A DNA stretch of 64,000 nt from Candidatus Aminicenantes bacterium (GTDB lineage Bacteria > Acidobacteriota > Aminicenantia > Aminicenantales > UBA4085): NCBI GenBank assembly GCA_026393855.1, contig JAPKZJ010000061.1:37306-101305 (forward strand). The letters are read 5' to 3'. The position numbers were made by a program, and so were the translations under genes. Shown in pieces: positions 19,378 through 29,814 of this stretch (position 1 is its first letter; each line of letters opens with the position of its first letter). The notes beneath the pieces were generated by a model. The model saw nothing but the letters and a program-made list of their open reading frames with translations. It was not told where the DNA came from and searched no databases.

Positions 19378-21390
19378 ATGCCCCAACAACCTTATGTCCC
19401 CGAGAAGACGAACATGAAGGAGTTCACCTTCCGGGCTCTGATCATCGGCCTCTTTCTGACCATCGTTCTCGGCGCGGCCAACGCCTACTTGGGGATGCGG
19501 GCCGGGATGACCATCGCCGCAACCTATCCCGCAGCCGTCATCGGCATGGCCGTTCTGAAGCTGATGAAAGGCTCGATCCTGGAAGAGAACATCGCCCGAA
19601 CCGTCGGCTCGATCGGCGAGTCCGTGGCTGCCGGGGCCATCTTCACCCTCCCGGCCTTCCTCATCACCGGGGTCTGGGGCCAGCTCGACTACTTCAAGTC
19701 GACGCTCTTGATGTTCGTCGGCGGCTTCCTGGGCATCATGTTCGTGACCTTTCTGCGCCGGGTCATGGTCACGGACCCCGAGCTCGCTTTCCCGGAGTCC
19801 GTGGCCGCGGCCGAGATCCACAAGGCCGGCCAGCGGGGCAGCGCCGGGGCCAAGTTCCTGTTCCAGGCCATGGGCCTGGGCTCTTTGATTTACACCCTGG
19901 GCATGTTCCAGTTCTTCGCCGCCAGCAAGGATTTCATCATCCGGGTCGGTCGGCTGGGAACGAGCTTCGTCCGCATCGGCGGAGCCGCCGATTCACCGAA
20001 GATCGCAGCCGGCGGCACGGTGGCCGTCGCCGGTCCGGGCATCTTCCCGGCTTACCTGGGCGTCGGCTACATCATCGGGCCCCGGCTCGCGTCGCTCAAC
20101 TTCGCCGGCGGCATCCTGGCTTGGGGTCTCTTCGCTCCCCTCCTGGTCTTCTTCCTCGGCCCCGAGCTGGTAGCCCAGCTGGCCGGGCCCGGGACGGCGG
20201 CGGCCTCCATCGATTGGTCGGCCAACGTCACCAACGTTTGGAAGTTCATCATCCGGCCGATCGCCGTCGGCGGCATGCTCGTCGGCGCCGGCTATACCCT
20301 GTTCAAGATGCGCAAGAGCCTCGGCGCGGGCATCAAGCGCTCCCTTAGCGACGTCAAAAAAGCCACCAGCCAGGCCCAGTCGACCTCCCGGCTGGAGAAG
20401 GATCTCAACATCAAGCTCGTCCTGGGCGGCTTGGCCCTGGCTTTCGTCATGATGATCTTCGTCTACCGCATGTTCACCGGCGCCTATCCCTCGGCCCTCA
20501 TGGCGGCCGGAGTCATGGCCGTGGCCGGCTTTTTCTTCGCCGCCGTCTCCGGCAACCTGGTCGGGACGATCGGCGCCTCCAACAATCCGCTCTCCGGGCT
20601 GACGCTCTCCACGCTTATCATCGCCGCCCTGCTGATGGTCGCCATCGGAGTGTCCGGGACGCAAGGCCTGCTGGCCGTTCTTGGGGTGGCCACGGTGGTT
20701 TGCGTTTCCTCGGCCGTCGCCGGCGAGATGCTGCAGGACCTCAAGGTCGGCCATATCCTGGGCGGCACGCCCTGGAAGATGCAGGTCGGCAACCTGATCG
20801 GCATCCTGGTCGCTTCGCTGGTCCTCTATTTCCCGATCATGCTCCTGATCAAGTCGTTCGAGCTCGGCAGCAAGGACCTGCCCGCCCCGCAGGCCGGGCT
20901 GATGGCCGTTCTGGCCAAGGGCATCGTCGGCGGCGAGCTGGCCTGGCCGCTGGTCATCGTCGGCATGTTCATGGGCTTTGCCTTCATCCTCATCCAGGTC
21001 AAGTCGCCCATGCTCGTCGCCGTCGGTATGTACCTCCCGCTCGAAACCACCTTCGCCATCTTCGTCGGCGGCATGATCAAGGGACTCCTCGACAAGCGAG
21101 CGGCCAAGCGCGGCTGCAATCCGGGCCAGAAAGCCCGGCTTGAAAACGTCGGCATCCTCCTGGCGGCAGGCCTCATCGCCGGAGAAGGCTTGACCGCCTT
21201 GGTCCGAGCCCTGTGGAAGTTCCTCTTCATGAACAACATCATCCATTTCGACATCTTCAAGGTCTTCAAGGAGCCGAGCTATCTCGTCGGGCTGGCCGTC
21301 CTCGCCCTGATGGGCTGGTACCTCATCGCGGTGCCCCTCAAGAACGCCGGCGCCGCCGATGAACCTCCGCCGCCGTCGGCCGTCATCTGA
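19378..21390 (+). CDS. OPT family oligopeptide transporter
   Basis: Start ATG 19378 with AAGGAG 8 nt upstream. ~670 aa polytopic protein. EFTFRALIIGLFLTIVLGAANAYLGMRAGMT and ...LQDLKVGHILGGTPWKMQ are typical OPT motifs. Confidence 0.85.
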   Translation: MPQQPYVPEKTNMKEFTFRALIIGLFLTIVLGAANAYLGMRAGMTIAATYPAAVIGMAVLKLMKGSILEENIARTVGSIGESVAAGAIFTLPAFLITGVWGQLDYFKSTLLMFVGGFLGIMFVTFLRRVMVTDPELAFPESVAAAEIHKAGQRGSAGAKFLFQAMGLGSLIYTLGMFQFFAASKDFIIRVGRLGTSFVRIGGAADSPKIAAGGTVAVAGPGIFPAYLGVGYIIGPRLASLNFAGGILAWGLFAPLLVFFLGPELVAQLAGPGTAAASIDWSANVTNVWKFIIRPIAVGGMLVGAGYTLFKMRKSLGAGIKRSLSDVKKATSQAQSTSRLEKDLNIKLVLGGLALAFVMMIFVYRMFTGAYPSALMAAGVMAVAGFFFAAVSGNLVGTIGASNNPLSGLTLSTLIIAALLMVAIGVSGTQGLLAVLGVATVVCVSSAVAGEMLQDLKVGHILGGTPWKMQVGNLIGILVASLVLYFPIMLLIKSFELGSKDLPAPQAGLMAVLAKGIVGGELAWPLVIVGMFMGFAFILIQVKSPMLVAVGMYLPLETTFAIFVGGMIKGLLDKRAAKRGCNPGQKARLENVGILLAAGLIAGEGLTALVRALWKFLFMNNIIHFDIFKVFKEPSYLVGLAVLALMGWYLIAVPLKNAGAADEPPPPSAVI

Positions 21391-21409
21391 CGCCTTTAAT
21401 CGTCCATCC

Positions 21410-21446
21410 CGCCCCATCCGTTCCGAAAACGGATGGGGCGTTTTTT
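21410..21446 (+). terminator. Rho-independent terminator after the OPT transporter gene
   Basis: CGCCCCATCCGTT-CCGAA-AACGGATGGGGCG followed by TTTTTT. Confidence 0.8.
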
Positions 21447-21528
21447 GGGCCGACCTTGATCGGCTCTCCCGCCGCCGGTTTGTATCCAAGGCACGGAATC
21501 GACTACAATAGCGGAGGAGAGTCTATCC

Positions 21529-22041
21529 TTGGCTAAGCGCACCATCCTCAAGCTCGGGCACCCGACTTTGTCCCAGGTGTCCTCCCCGGTGGCCGAAGTC
21601 GACGCCGAAATCCGGACCCTTGTCCGCGACATGATCGAGACGATGCACAAGGCTCCGGGAATCGGTTTGTCGGCCCCCCAGCTCGACGTCAAGAAGCGGA
21701 TCATCACCGTCGATCTGAGCGTCGGCGAGGATCCCGACGCCCTCTATGTCCTGCTCAACCCGGAGATCATCAGCCGCGAAGGCAAATGCGTCCGCGAAGA
21801 AGGCTGTCTGTCGGTCCCGGAGATCTACGAAAAAGTGGCTCGCCCCCAGACGATCGTCGTCAAGGGGATGGATGCCGAAGGCCGGGACGTGAAGATCGAA
21901 GCCGCAGACATTCTGGCCCGGGCCTTCTGCCACGAGATCGACCACCTCGACGGCAAGCTCTTCGTCGATTACCTATCGCCCCTCAAGCGGAGCCTCATCC
22001 GGAAAAAATTCAAGAAGCCCGAGGCAAAGAAAAAAACCTGA
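21529..22041 (+). CDS. def: Peptide deformylase
   Basis: 170 aa. Motifs GIGLSAPQ, EGCLSVP and HEIDHLDG. TTG start with GGAGGAG upstream. Confidence 0.9.
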   Translation: MAKRTILKLGHPTLSQVSSPVAEVDAEIRTLVRDMIETMHKAPGIGLSAPQLDVKKRIITVDLSVGEDPDALYVLLNPEIISREGKCVREEGCLSVPEIYEKVARPQTIVVKGMDAEGRDVKIEAADILARAFCHEIDHLDGKLFVDYLSPLKRSLIRKKFKKPEAKKKT

Positions 22042-22997
22042 TGCGAATCGTCTTTTTCGGAAGTCCGGGAGCCGCTCTCCCATCAATGACCGCCCTCCTT
22101 GCCGCCGGCCACCAGATTCCCTTGGTCGTGACTCGACCGGACCGCCCGGCCGGCCGTGGCCGCGTCCCAACCCCCTGCCCGGTCAAGGCTTTCGCCCTGG
22201 AGCGCGGCCTGCCCACTTACGAACCCGAGAAGATTCGCCAGGACCCCCAGGCCGTCGAGAGGCTCAGGGCGGCCCGGGCCGATATCCATATCGTCGTAGC
22301 CTACGGCCAGATCATGCCCGTTTCCATCATCGATCTGCCCCCGCGCCGGTCCCTGAACCTGCATTTTTCGCTCCTCCCGGCTTTCCGAGGGGCCTCTCCC
22401 GTCTGCTGGGCCATCCGCCGCGGCGAGATCCGGACCGGGGTCACCATCTTCCGGCTGAACGAGAAGATGGACGAGGGCGCCATCTACGCCTGCGCCGGGG
22501 AGGAGATCAAGCCCGACGACACGACCGGCTCGCTCGAAGAAAGGCTGGCCGTTTTGGGAGCGGGCCTGCTCGTCCGGACGCTGGCGAACATGGGTGCCAT
22601 CATCCCCAAGCCCCAGGATCCCGAATCGGCCACCTACGCCCCCAAGCTCAAGAAAGAGGACGGCGCCATCGATTGGAGCGCCGAGGCGGGGCTCGTCGAC
22701 AGGCATGTCCGGGCCATGCTTCCATGGCCGACGGCCTTCAGCTTTTCGGCTGGGGGGCGGATCATCGTGTTGGCCGGCAAATCCGTGCCGCGGCCGGGAG
22801 GGGCCGACCCTGCCCCGGAACCGGGGAGCGTCCTTTCGGCCGGGAAGACCGGCATCCTCGTCGCCTGCGGCGGAAGGACGGCCTATGCCATACTTCGCCT
22901 GCAGCCCGAAGGGCGCAAGCCCATGGACGCAGCGGCGTTTCTGGCGGGCGGCAAGCTCGCGGCCGGCCGCAGGCTGAGCGCGATTCCGCAAGCCTAA
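22041..22997 (+). CDS. fmt: Methionyl-tRNA formyltransferase
   Basis: ATG 22041 overlaps the def stop (TGATG). MRIVFFGSPGAA...VVTRPDRPAGRG...LNLHFSLLPAFRGASP are typical Fmt motifs. Confidence 0.9.
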   Translation: MRIVFFGSPGAALPSMTALLAAGHQIPLVVTRPDRPAGRGRVPTPCPVKAFALERGLPTYEPEKIRQDPQAVERLRAARADIHIVVAYGQIMPVSIIDLPPRRSLNLHFSLLPAFRGASPVCWAIRRGEIRTGVTIFRLNEKMDEGAIYACAGEEIKPDDTTGSLEERLAVLGAGLLVRTLANMGAIIPKPQDPESATYAPKLKKEDGAIDWSAEAGLVDRHVRAMLPWPTAFSFSAGGRIIVLAGKSVPRPGGADPAPEPGSVLSAGKTGILVACGGRTAYAILRLQPEGRKPMDAAAFLAGGKLAAGRRLSAIPQA

Positions 22998-23078
22998 CGC
23001 CAAGCGCGAGATCGGCCGCCTCTTACGCGAACGGACCCACCCCTTCAAGGGAAAATGCTTGGCCCGGTTCAGGGTTGG

Positions 23079-23975
23079 CTATTCTTCGAGAATGAACAGG
23101 TAGGGGTTGACCGAGGTCCCGTTAAGCCGAATCTCATAGTGGACATGCGGCCCCAGGGCTTTGCCCGTCTGGCCGACTTCTCCGATGACGTCGCCGCGCT
23201 TGACCCTTTGGCCGATCCGGCATTTGAAGGCGCTCATATGCCCATAAATAGTGGTGTATCCCAGACCGTGGTTGATCTGAACCGATAGGCCAAAAAGCTT
23301 GTCCGAGTTGATGGCGATGACGACGCCGTCGGCCGTGGCGACGATGGGATTGCCTAGAGCGGATGCGATATCAATCCCATAATGGAAAGTCTGCTTTCTG
23401 GTAAACGGATCCGGCCGCCAGCCGAACTGCGAAGTCAGAAGGCCGACTGTCGGGTAGATGGTCGGGGTTGAAGCCAGGCGGTTTTCCTGATTCTGGAAGA
23501 AACCGACCAGCGAATCCAGATTTTTCTGGATATCTTCAGTCTTTTGCTGGATATTTTTGAGATTGCCGGAGCCAATCGCAGGCGGAAGACCGGGGATGGT
23601 CTGGCCGCTGTCGGGAGTGTAACCGCCGCCGCCGATGCCGACTTCCTTTAGGACGTCCGGCGACTTGATCCCGGCCATGAGGTTGAGCTTTTTGACGTAA
23701 TCATCAAAGGCCAGGATTCGTTTCTGCAGGGTCCCCAAGGTCGATTCATAATTGGCCAGGGTTTCCCTCTGCTTGGCGTTCTCGGCCGCCAAGTTCTTGT
23801 ACTCACGGCCTTTGACCTGGATCCGAATATAATCCGCCGTGACTCCGAGGCCTATGACGACCACAAGGATCGCGATCCATTTGACGGCGTTGATCGTCCT
23901 TTTGGAGAAGGATAGCGTCCGGAAGCCCGATTTGGTATGCGGGACGATGATCAGGGAGAGGTGTTTCTTTCCCAT
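23079..23975 (-). CDS. M23 family metallopeptidase (LytM-type peptidoglycan endopeptidase)
   Basis: 298 aa. N-terminal TM, coiled-coil region, and a C-terminal domain with HYGIDIA ... GPHVHYEIR zinc ligands. Confidence 0.85.
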   Translation of the reverse strand: MGKKHLSLIIVPHTKSGFRTLSFSKRTINAVKWIAILVVVIGLGVTADYIRIQVKGREYKNLAAENAKQRETLANYESTLGTLQKRILAFDDYVKKLNLMAGIKSPDVLKEVGIGGGGYTPDSGQTIPGLPPAIGSGNLKNIQQKTEDIQKNLDSLVGFFQNQENRLASTPTIYPTVGLLTSQFGWRPDPFTRKQTFHYGIDIASALGNPIVATADGVVIAINSDKLFGLSVQINHGLGYTTIYGHMSAFKCRIGQRVKRGDVIGEVGQTGKALGPHVHYEIRLNGTSVNPYLFILEE

Positions 23976-24036
23976 GGTATCTTTTTACGTCCTTTTGATT
24001 ACCACAGCCCAGAAATCGATGTCAAGGCCGAAGATT

Positions 24037-24798
24037 TCAGGCTCCGCATAGGACGCCTCCTCCGTTGACGCTTAGGACGGCTCCGGTGATGTGCCTGGCC
24101 AGGTCCGAAGCCAGAAAGAGGATCGGGCCGGCGATATCCTCCGGGGGGGGAATCCGCTTGAGGGGGATGGACTGCCGGACGCTCTCCCGGTAGGCCGCGT
24201 CGCCGAAGACCCCGGTGCACATGTCCGTATCGACCCAGCCCGGCGCGACGCAGTTGACGTTGATGTTCCAAGGCGCGAATTCCACCGCCCAGGACTTGGT
24301 CAGGGCGTTCATAGCACCCTTGGACGCGGCATAATGGGAGTGGAAGGCCTCCCCGCGGATGCCGGCCGTCGATCCGACGTTGACGATGGCTGACCTCGGC
24401 CTGGCTTTCAACAGCGGGAGAACGGCGTCGACGAGATAGAAGAGTCCGTCCAGGTTGACGGCCATCGTTTCGCGCCAGGCCTCGGCGTCCCCTGCCCCCA
24501 TTTCGAGCGGGGTCCAGATACCGGCGTTATTGACGAGCGCATCAAGGCCGCCCCAACGCTCCGCCAGCGCGGCCGCCAACGATCGGACCTGATCCTCACT
24601 AGATAGCTCGACTTTATAAGTAAAGCAATTGCGGCCTATCTTTTCGACAGCTGATCGAACTTCAAGAGCGGCTTCTTCCCGGCATTGGTAAGTGATGGCG
24701 ACATCGCTGCCCGCTTCGGCGAAAAGCAGGGCGGCCGCACGCCCGATGCCGCGCGACCCGCCGGTTATCAAAGTCCTCCGGCCGGTTAGATTGATCAT
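24037..24798 (-). CDS. SDR family oxidoreductase
   Basis: 253 aa. TGGSRGIG cofactor motif, NNAG and YAASKGA catalytic motif. Confidence 0.85.
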   Translation of the reverse strand: MINLTGRRTLITGGSRGIGRAAALLFAEAGSDVAITYQCREEAALEVRSAVEKIGRNCFTYKVELSSEDQVRSLAAALAERWGGLDALVNNAGIWTPLEMGAGDAEAWRETMAVNLDGLFYLVDAVLPLLKARPRSAIVNVGSTAGIRGEAFHSHYAASKGAMNALTKSWAVEFAPWNINVNCVAPGWVDTDMCTGVFGDAAYRESVRQSIPLKRIPPPEDIAGPILFLASDLARHITGAVLSVNGGGVLCGA

Positions 24799-24801
24799 CG
24801 T

Positions 24802-27345
24802 CTAACTATAACTCAAAGCGAAGTCTTTTGATTCATCAAATTGATGATACCGATATATCTCAGAGGCGAAGGGAATCACCTTCTCTCGCATGACCGCCAT
24901 GTATTCCTCCGGAGTCGGCAGCTTGCCCTTCAGCGCGGTGACCGCGGCCAGCTCGGCCGAGCCGAGATAGACCCGGGCGCCATCCCCGATTCGGTCGTCA
25001 AAATTGCGGGTCGATGTGGAAAGGACGTTGGCTCCCGGCTGAACCCGGGCCTGGTTGCCCATGCAGAGGGAACAGCCCGGAATCTCGGTCCTGGCCCCGA
25101 TCTGGGAGAGGATGGAATAAAAGCCTTCTTTCTTTAACTGGATCTCATCCATCTTTGTCGGTGGAGTGATCCAGATCCTTGTCTTGGGGTAAGGCGCCTT
25201 GTCCCAGATGCGCCCTGCGGCTCTAAAGTGGCCGATATTGACCATGCAGGAGCCGATGAAGACCTCGTCGATCCGATCCCCCGCCACCTCGGAGAGCCGC
25301 CTGACGTCGTCGGGATCGTTAGGGCAGGCCAGGATGGGCTCGGCGATCTCGGACAGGTCGATTTCCAGAACGGCGGCATAGGAAGCACTTGCGTCGGCCG
25401 CCGCGAGGGCCGGCTTGGCCAGCCAGGCCCGGGCCGCTTCGATCCGACGCCGCAGGGTATCGGCGGCCTGGTATCCGGACGAGATCATCTTCTCCATCAG
25501 GGCGATGTTGCTTTTCAAGAAAGCGGCGACCGTCGCGGGCCCTAAGGCGATGGAGCTGCCGGCCGCCGATCGCTCGGCCGAAGCGTCCGTAAGCTCGTAG
25601 GCCTGCTCCACGGTCAGGTCCGGCAGGCCCTCCATCTCCAGAATCCGGCCGTTGAAGACGTTTTTCTTGCCCTTCTTGACCACGGTCAAAAGCCCGCGTT
25701 GGATGGCGTAATACGGGATCGCGTTGACTGCATCCCGCAGCGTTATCCCGGGATTGAGGCGGCCTTTGAAACGGACCAGAACGGACTCCGGCATATCCAG
25801 CGGCATGAAACCCAACGCTCCGGCAAAGGCGACCAACCCCGATCCGGCCGGGAAGCTCAAGCCGATCGGGAATCGGGTGTGAGAGTCTCCTCCTGTGCCC
25901 ATGGCATCGGGAAGCAGAAGCCGGTTGAGCCAGGAGTGGATGACCCCGTCGCCCGGCTTCAAGGCGACGCCCTTGCGGGCCACGACGAAGGCGGGCAGGG
26001 ACTTGTGCATCTTGACGTCGGCTGCTTTGGGGTAGGCCGCGGTATGGCAGAACGACTGCATGAACAGGTCGGCCTGAAACTCCAGGCAAGCCAGCTCCTT
26101 GAGCTCGTCGGCGGTCATCGGCCCCGTCGTGTCCTGCGAGCCGACCGTTGTCATGTGGGGCTCGCAGGCCGTGCCCGGCAGAACACCGGGCATCCCGCAG
26201 GCCAGGCCGACGATCTTCTGGGCCTGGGAGAAGCCCTGGCCCGGCCGCGGCTCCGGATTGGCGACCTTGGTGAAGAAATCCGCCTCGGCCAAGCCGAGGG
26301 CGGCCCGGGCCTTGCCCGTCAAAGCCCGGCCGATGATCAGGTTCAGCCGGCCGCCGGCTCGGAACTCGTCCTGGAGCGTGGAGGGCTTGAGCGCGAAGCG
26401 CGACATCTCCCGGCCGCCTTCGTCCTTGAGGACGCCGGCCGCGAGGTCGAGGACGATCTGATCACCCGTCTTGAGGCCCGTCACATCGAGCTTCTCGATC
26501 GGCAGGGCGCCGGAATCCTCAGCGGTGTTGAAGAAGATCGGAGCGATCAGCCCGCCCAGGATCACACCGCCCCGCCGCTTATTGGGAACGAAGGGGATGT
26601 CCTCTCCGATATGCCAGAGGACCGAATTGCAGGCCGATTTGCGAGAAGAACCCGTGCCTACGACGTCACCGATGAAGGCGACCCGATGGCCCTCGGCCCT
26701 GAAGCGGGCGATCGTTTCCAGTCCCCCGGGGAACCGGGTCAGCCCCATGGCCAGGGCATGCAGGGGGATATCCGGCCGCGTCGCGGCATGCTTGGCCGGC
26801 GAAAAATCATCCGTGTTGATCTCCCCGTCGACCTTGAAAACCTTGAGCGTCATCGTCGCCGGCAGCCCGGGCCTGGCCAGGAACCACTCCCCCGCCGCCC
26901 AGGACTCTAGGACGGATCGGGCGGCGGCGTTTCGTTCGGACAGGCGGAGGACGGCCTCGAAGGCCCCGTAGACCAGGATGGTGGATTTCAGGGCCACGGC
27001 CGCTGCCGCGGACAGATCCTTGTCCTCCAAAAGGGCGACCAGGGGCCCGACATTGTACCCACCCAGCATCGTCCCGAGCATGAAGACGGCGTCGCCTCGC
27101 GTCACCGCCGGGGACTTCGTCCTTCCCTCGGCCACCCCGGCCAGCCATTCGGCCTTGACCTTGGCCGCCGGGTCGACTCCCGGCGAAACTCGTTCCCGTA
27201 GCAGCCCGATGAGCATTGTCTCTTTTCCGGCGAGAGGGGCCTCCAAAAGGCGGCAGATCTCAGCGGTCTCGTCGGGGCTCAGGGGCAGAGGCGGGATGCC
27301 CAGCGCCCGGCGCTCGGCTTCCATCTTGAAATAGCTCTCCAGCAT
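24802..27345 (-). CDS. acnB: Aconitate hydratase 2 / 2-methylisocitrate dehydratase
   Basis: 847 aa. The AcnB-specific N-terminal HEAT-like domain (MLESYFKMEAERRALGIPPLPL...) is followed by aconitase domains, including GSCM and CSLCMGNQ cluster ligand regions. Confidence 0.9.
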   Translation of the reverse strand: MLESYFKMEAERRALGIPPLPLSPDETAEICRLLEAPLAGKETMLIGLLRERVSPGVDPAAKVKAEWLAGVAEGRTKSPAVTRGDAVFMLGTMLGGYNVGPLVALLEDKDLSAAAAVALKSTILVYGAFEAVLRLSERNAAARSVLESWAAGEWFLARPGLPATMTLKVFKVDGEINTDDFSPAKHAATRPDIPLHALAMGLTRFPGGLETIARFRAEGHRVAFIGDVVGTGSSRKSACNSVLWHIGEDIPFVPNKRRGGVILGGLIAPIFFNTAEDSGALPIEKLDVTGLKTGDQIVLDLAAGVLKDEGGREMSRFALKPSTLQDEFRAGGRLNLIIGRALTGKARAALGLAEADFFTKVANPEPRPGQGFSQAQKIVGLACGMPGVLPGTACEPHMTTVGSQDTTGPMTADELKELACLEFQADLFMQSFCHTAAYPKAADVKMHKSLPAFVVARKGVALKPGDGVIHSWLNRLLLPDAMGTGGDSHTRFPIGLSFPAGSGLVAFAGALGFMPLDMPESVLVRFKGRLNPGITLRDAVNAIPYYAIQRGLLTVVKKGKKNVFNGRILEMEGLPDLTVEQAYELTDASAERSAAGSSIALGPATVAAFLKSNIALMEKMISSGYQAADTLRRRIEAARAWLAKPALAAADASASYAAVLEIDLSEIAEPILACPNDPDDVRRLSEVAGDRIDEVFIGSCMVNIGHFRAAGRIWDKAPYPKTRIWITPPTKMDEIQLKKEGFYSILSQIGARTEIPGCSLCMGNQARVQPGANVLSTSTRNFDDRIGDGARVYLGSAELAAVTALKGKLPTPEEYMAVMREKVIPFASEIYRYHQFDESKDFALSYS

Positions 27346-27392
27346 GGGTCACTCCTCGGACGGGACTCTCCCGCGAACGTCGGGGGTCTTTA

Positions 27393-27421
27393 GGTATAAA
27401 AGAAAGGGACGGCGAGGTCAA
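27393..27421 (-). promoter_or_regulatory. Putative sigma70-type promoter for acnB
   Basis: Minus strand: TTGACC, 17 nt, TATACC, about 45 nt upstream of the acnB ATG. Confidence 0.35.
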
Positions 27422-27452
27422 GCCGGGGAGCCCGCCACGGGCCGGCGGCGGA

Positions 27453-27481
27453 TTGCTTTCAGCTCGAACTTCCACTAAAAT
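27453..27481 (+). promoter_or_regulatory. Putative sigma70-type promoter for mdh
   Basis: TTGCTT, 17 nt, TAAAAT, about 100 nt upstream of the mdh ATG. Confidence 0.35.
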
Positions 27482-27586
27482 ACGGGTCCCTTTTAGGGCT
27501 GACGAGCTCCCGGAAGGCGACGATAAGGATCGAACGGCCCGGGTACCCATTCCGGGTTCCACCAATACATCAAAGGAGCTTCCGCA

Positions 27587-28519
27587 ATGAGAAAGAAGAT
27601 CGCACTGATCGGCGGCGGCCAGATCGGCCAGATCCTGGCCATGCTGGCGGCCCAAAAGGAGATGGGGGACATCGTCATCCTGGATATCCCCGAGCTCGAG
27701 AATCCGGCCAAGGGCAAGGCCCTCGACCTGATGGAGATGGCGCCCCACGGCAATTACGACGCCACCATCACCGGGACCTCCGACTACAAGGACATCGCCG
27801 GCGCCGACGTCGTCATCGTCACGGCCGGCAAGCCCCGCCAAGCCGGCATGACCCGCGAGGACCTGCTGGCCGTCAACCTGCAGATCATCGAGACGGTGGC
27901 CAAGGGCGTCAAGCAGTACGCGCCCAAAGCTTTCTGCCTGATCGTCACCAACCCCCTCGACGCCATGGTTTACGCTTTCTACAAGATGACCGGCTTCCCC
28001 AAGCATCAGGTGCTGGGCATGGCCGGGACGCTCGATACGGCCCGCTGGCGCGCCTTCATCGCCATGGAACTGGGCGTATCGGTGGTCGACGTCGCCGGGA
28101 CCGTCCTCGGCGGCCACGGCCCGGACATGGTCCCCCTGCCTCGCCTGACCACGGTCGGCGGCGTCCCCCTGACCGAGATCGCCTCCAAGGAGCTGATCGA
28201 CAAGATCGCCCTGCGGACGCGCGAAGCCGGAACCGAGATCGTCAAGCTCTTCGGCAAAGGCTCGGCCTTCTTCAGCCCCGCCTGGAGTGCGATCGTCATG
28301 GCCGAAAGCTTCCTCAAGGACAAGAAACGCGTTCTCCCCGCCTGCGCCCTATGCGAGGGCGAATACGGCGTCAACGGCCTGTTCATCGGCGTCCCCTGCC
28401 TGATCGGAGCCAAGGGTCTGGAACGGATCTTCGAGATCAAGCTGAACGACGAGGAGAAGGCCCAGCTTCAGAAGACCATCGGTTCGGTCAAGAAGACCGT
28501 CGAGGAGACCAAGCTCTAA
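27587..28519 (+). CDS. mdh: Malate dehydrogenase (LDH-like type)
   Basis: 310 aa. MRKKIALIGGGQIGQ Rossmann motif, plus ...VTAGKPRQAGMTREDL... and ...GGHG catalytic region. AAGGAG RBS. Confidence 0.9.
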   Translation: MRKKIALIGGGQIGQILAMLAAQKEMGDIVILDIPELENPAKGKALDLMEMAPHGNYDATITGTSDYKDIAGADVVIVTAGKPRQAGMTREDLLAVNLQIIETVAKGVKQYAPKAFCLIVTNPLDAMVYAFYKMTGFPKHQVLGMAGTLDTARWRAFIAMELGVSVVDVAGTVLGGHGPDMVPLPRLTTVGGVPLTEIASKELIDKIALRTREAGTEIVKLFGKGSAFFSPAWSAIVMAESFLKDKKRVLPACALCEGEYGVNGLFIGVPCLIGAKGLERIFEIKLNDEEKAQLQKTIGSVKKTVEETKL

Positions 28520-28548
28520 AACCGATTTGATCCGACTTCGTCTTTCCG

Positions 28549-28580
28549 GCCGGCAAGGGCCCAGCTCTTGCCGGCTTTTC
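28549..28580 (+). terminator. Rho-independent terminator after mdh
   Basis: GCCGGCAAG-(9-nt loop)-CTTGCCGGC followed by TTTTCC. Confidence 0.6.
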
Positions 28581-28644
28581 CATGTCCGGCCGCGGATGAC
28601 CGGCGCCGCCGATTGGGATAGAATACGGGTGCTTTCGGATCATC

Positions 28645-29814
28645 ATGAGACTCCACGAAGACCAGGCCAAATCGATCCTGTCGGCCCGCGGCATCGCCGT
28701 GCCGCGGGGCTTCACGGCGTCCTCCGCGGAGGAGGCTGCATCTGTCGCGGCCCAAATCGGCGGCCCCGTCGTCGTCAAGGCCCTGATTTTATCGGGAGGC
28801 CGCGGAAAAGCGGGCGGCGTGCGCACCGCCCAAACGCCCGATGAGGCCGGCCGCATCGCCGCCGGCTTGCTGTCGGGCCGTCTTGTGACATCCCAGACCG
28901 GTCCCTCGGGAGCCGTCGTCAGACGCGTCCTGATCGAAGAATCAATTCCCGTCGTCAGAGAAACCTATCTGGCGATGGCCGTCGATCGAGGGCTGGGCCG
29001 CGTCGTCGTCCTCGCCTCCGGGCAAGGCGGGATGGAGCTCGAAGCCTTGGCCGCGGCTTCGCCGCAGGCCGTCATCCGGGAAACCGTTCCGATCCCCACC
29101 GGTCCCTCTTCCGTCCAAGCTGAAGCCATTGCCGCAGCCTGCGGACTGGCCGGCCCGGATGCCGAGGGCTTTACCCGGGCCCTGCTCGCCCTCTGGCGGG
29201 CTTTCCGCGACTCCGACGCCGGCCTGATCGAAATCAATCCCCTGGGACTGGCGCTGGGAGGGGGCTGGCTTGCCTTGGACGCCAAGATGATCTTGGACGA
29301 CAGCGCCCTGTCCCGCCATCCCGAACTGGCCCGTTTACGCGATTCCGCCGACGACGACCCGCGCGAAGCTGAGGCGGCCGCCGTCGGCTTAAGCTACGTC
29401 CGGCTGGACGGCGACATCGGCTGTCTGGTCAACGGAGCCGGGCTGGCCATGGCTACCGCCGACATCATTGAGATGGCCGGCGGGCACCCGGCCGACTTCC
29501 TCGACATCGGCGGCGGCGTCGGCGAGGACGCTTTGCGCGAAGGCTACCGGATCGTCGCTTCCGACCCGGCGGTTCGGGCGATCTTGATCAACGTCTTCGG
29601 CGGCATCGTCCGCTGCGATCTGGTGGCCAGTGGCGTCGTTCGCGCCTGCCGCGATTTCAGCCTCGACGCTCCCCTGGTCGTCCGGATGCTCGGAACCAAC
29701 GACGAAGATGGCCGCCGGATCCTGGCCGAATCGGGATTGGCCTTCCAAACGGCCGAAACCATGGACGAGGCGGCCGCCAAATCGGTTGCCGCCGCCGCAG
29801 GAGCCCGGTCGTGA
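28645..29814 (+). CDS. sucC: Succinyl-CoA synthetase beta subunit
   Basis: 389 aa. [20 protein letters not shown] (ATP-grasp N-terminus) and ...[11 protein letters not shown]... motifs. Confidence 0.9.
   Translation: MRLHEDQAKSILSARGIAVPRGFTASSAEEAASVAAQIGGPVVVKALILSGGRGKAGGVRTAQTPDEAGRIAAGLLSGRLVTSQTGPSGAVVRRVLIEESIPVVRETYLAMAVDRGLGRVVVLASGQGGMELEALAAASPQAVIRETVPIPTGPSSVQAEAIAAACGLAGPDAEGFTRALLALWRAFRDSDAGLIEINPLGLALGGGWLALDAKMILDDSALSRHPELARLRDSADDDPREAEAAAVGLSYVRLDGDIGCLVNGAGLAMATADIIEMAGGHPADFLDIGGGVGEDALREGYRIVASDPAVRAILINVFGGIVRCDLVASGVVRACRDFSLDAPLVVRMLGTNDEDGRRILAESGLAFQTAETMDEAAAKSVAAAAGARS

Noticed and set aside
19993-21489. 498-aa minus-strand ORF
   Set aside because: It is antisense to the OPT transporter gene. 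The composition is dominated by D/G/R/E/H/A with no motif or hydrophobic-core pattern, so it is a high-GC shadow ORF.
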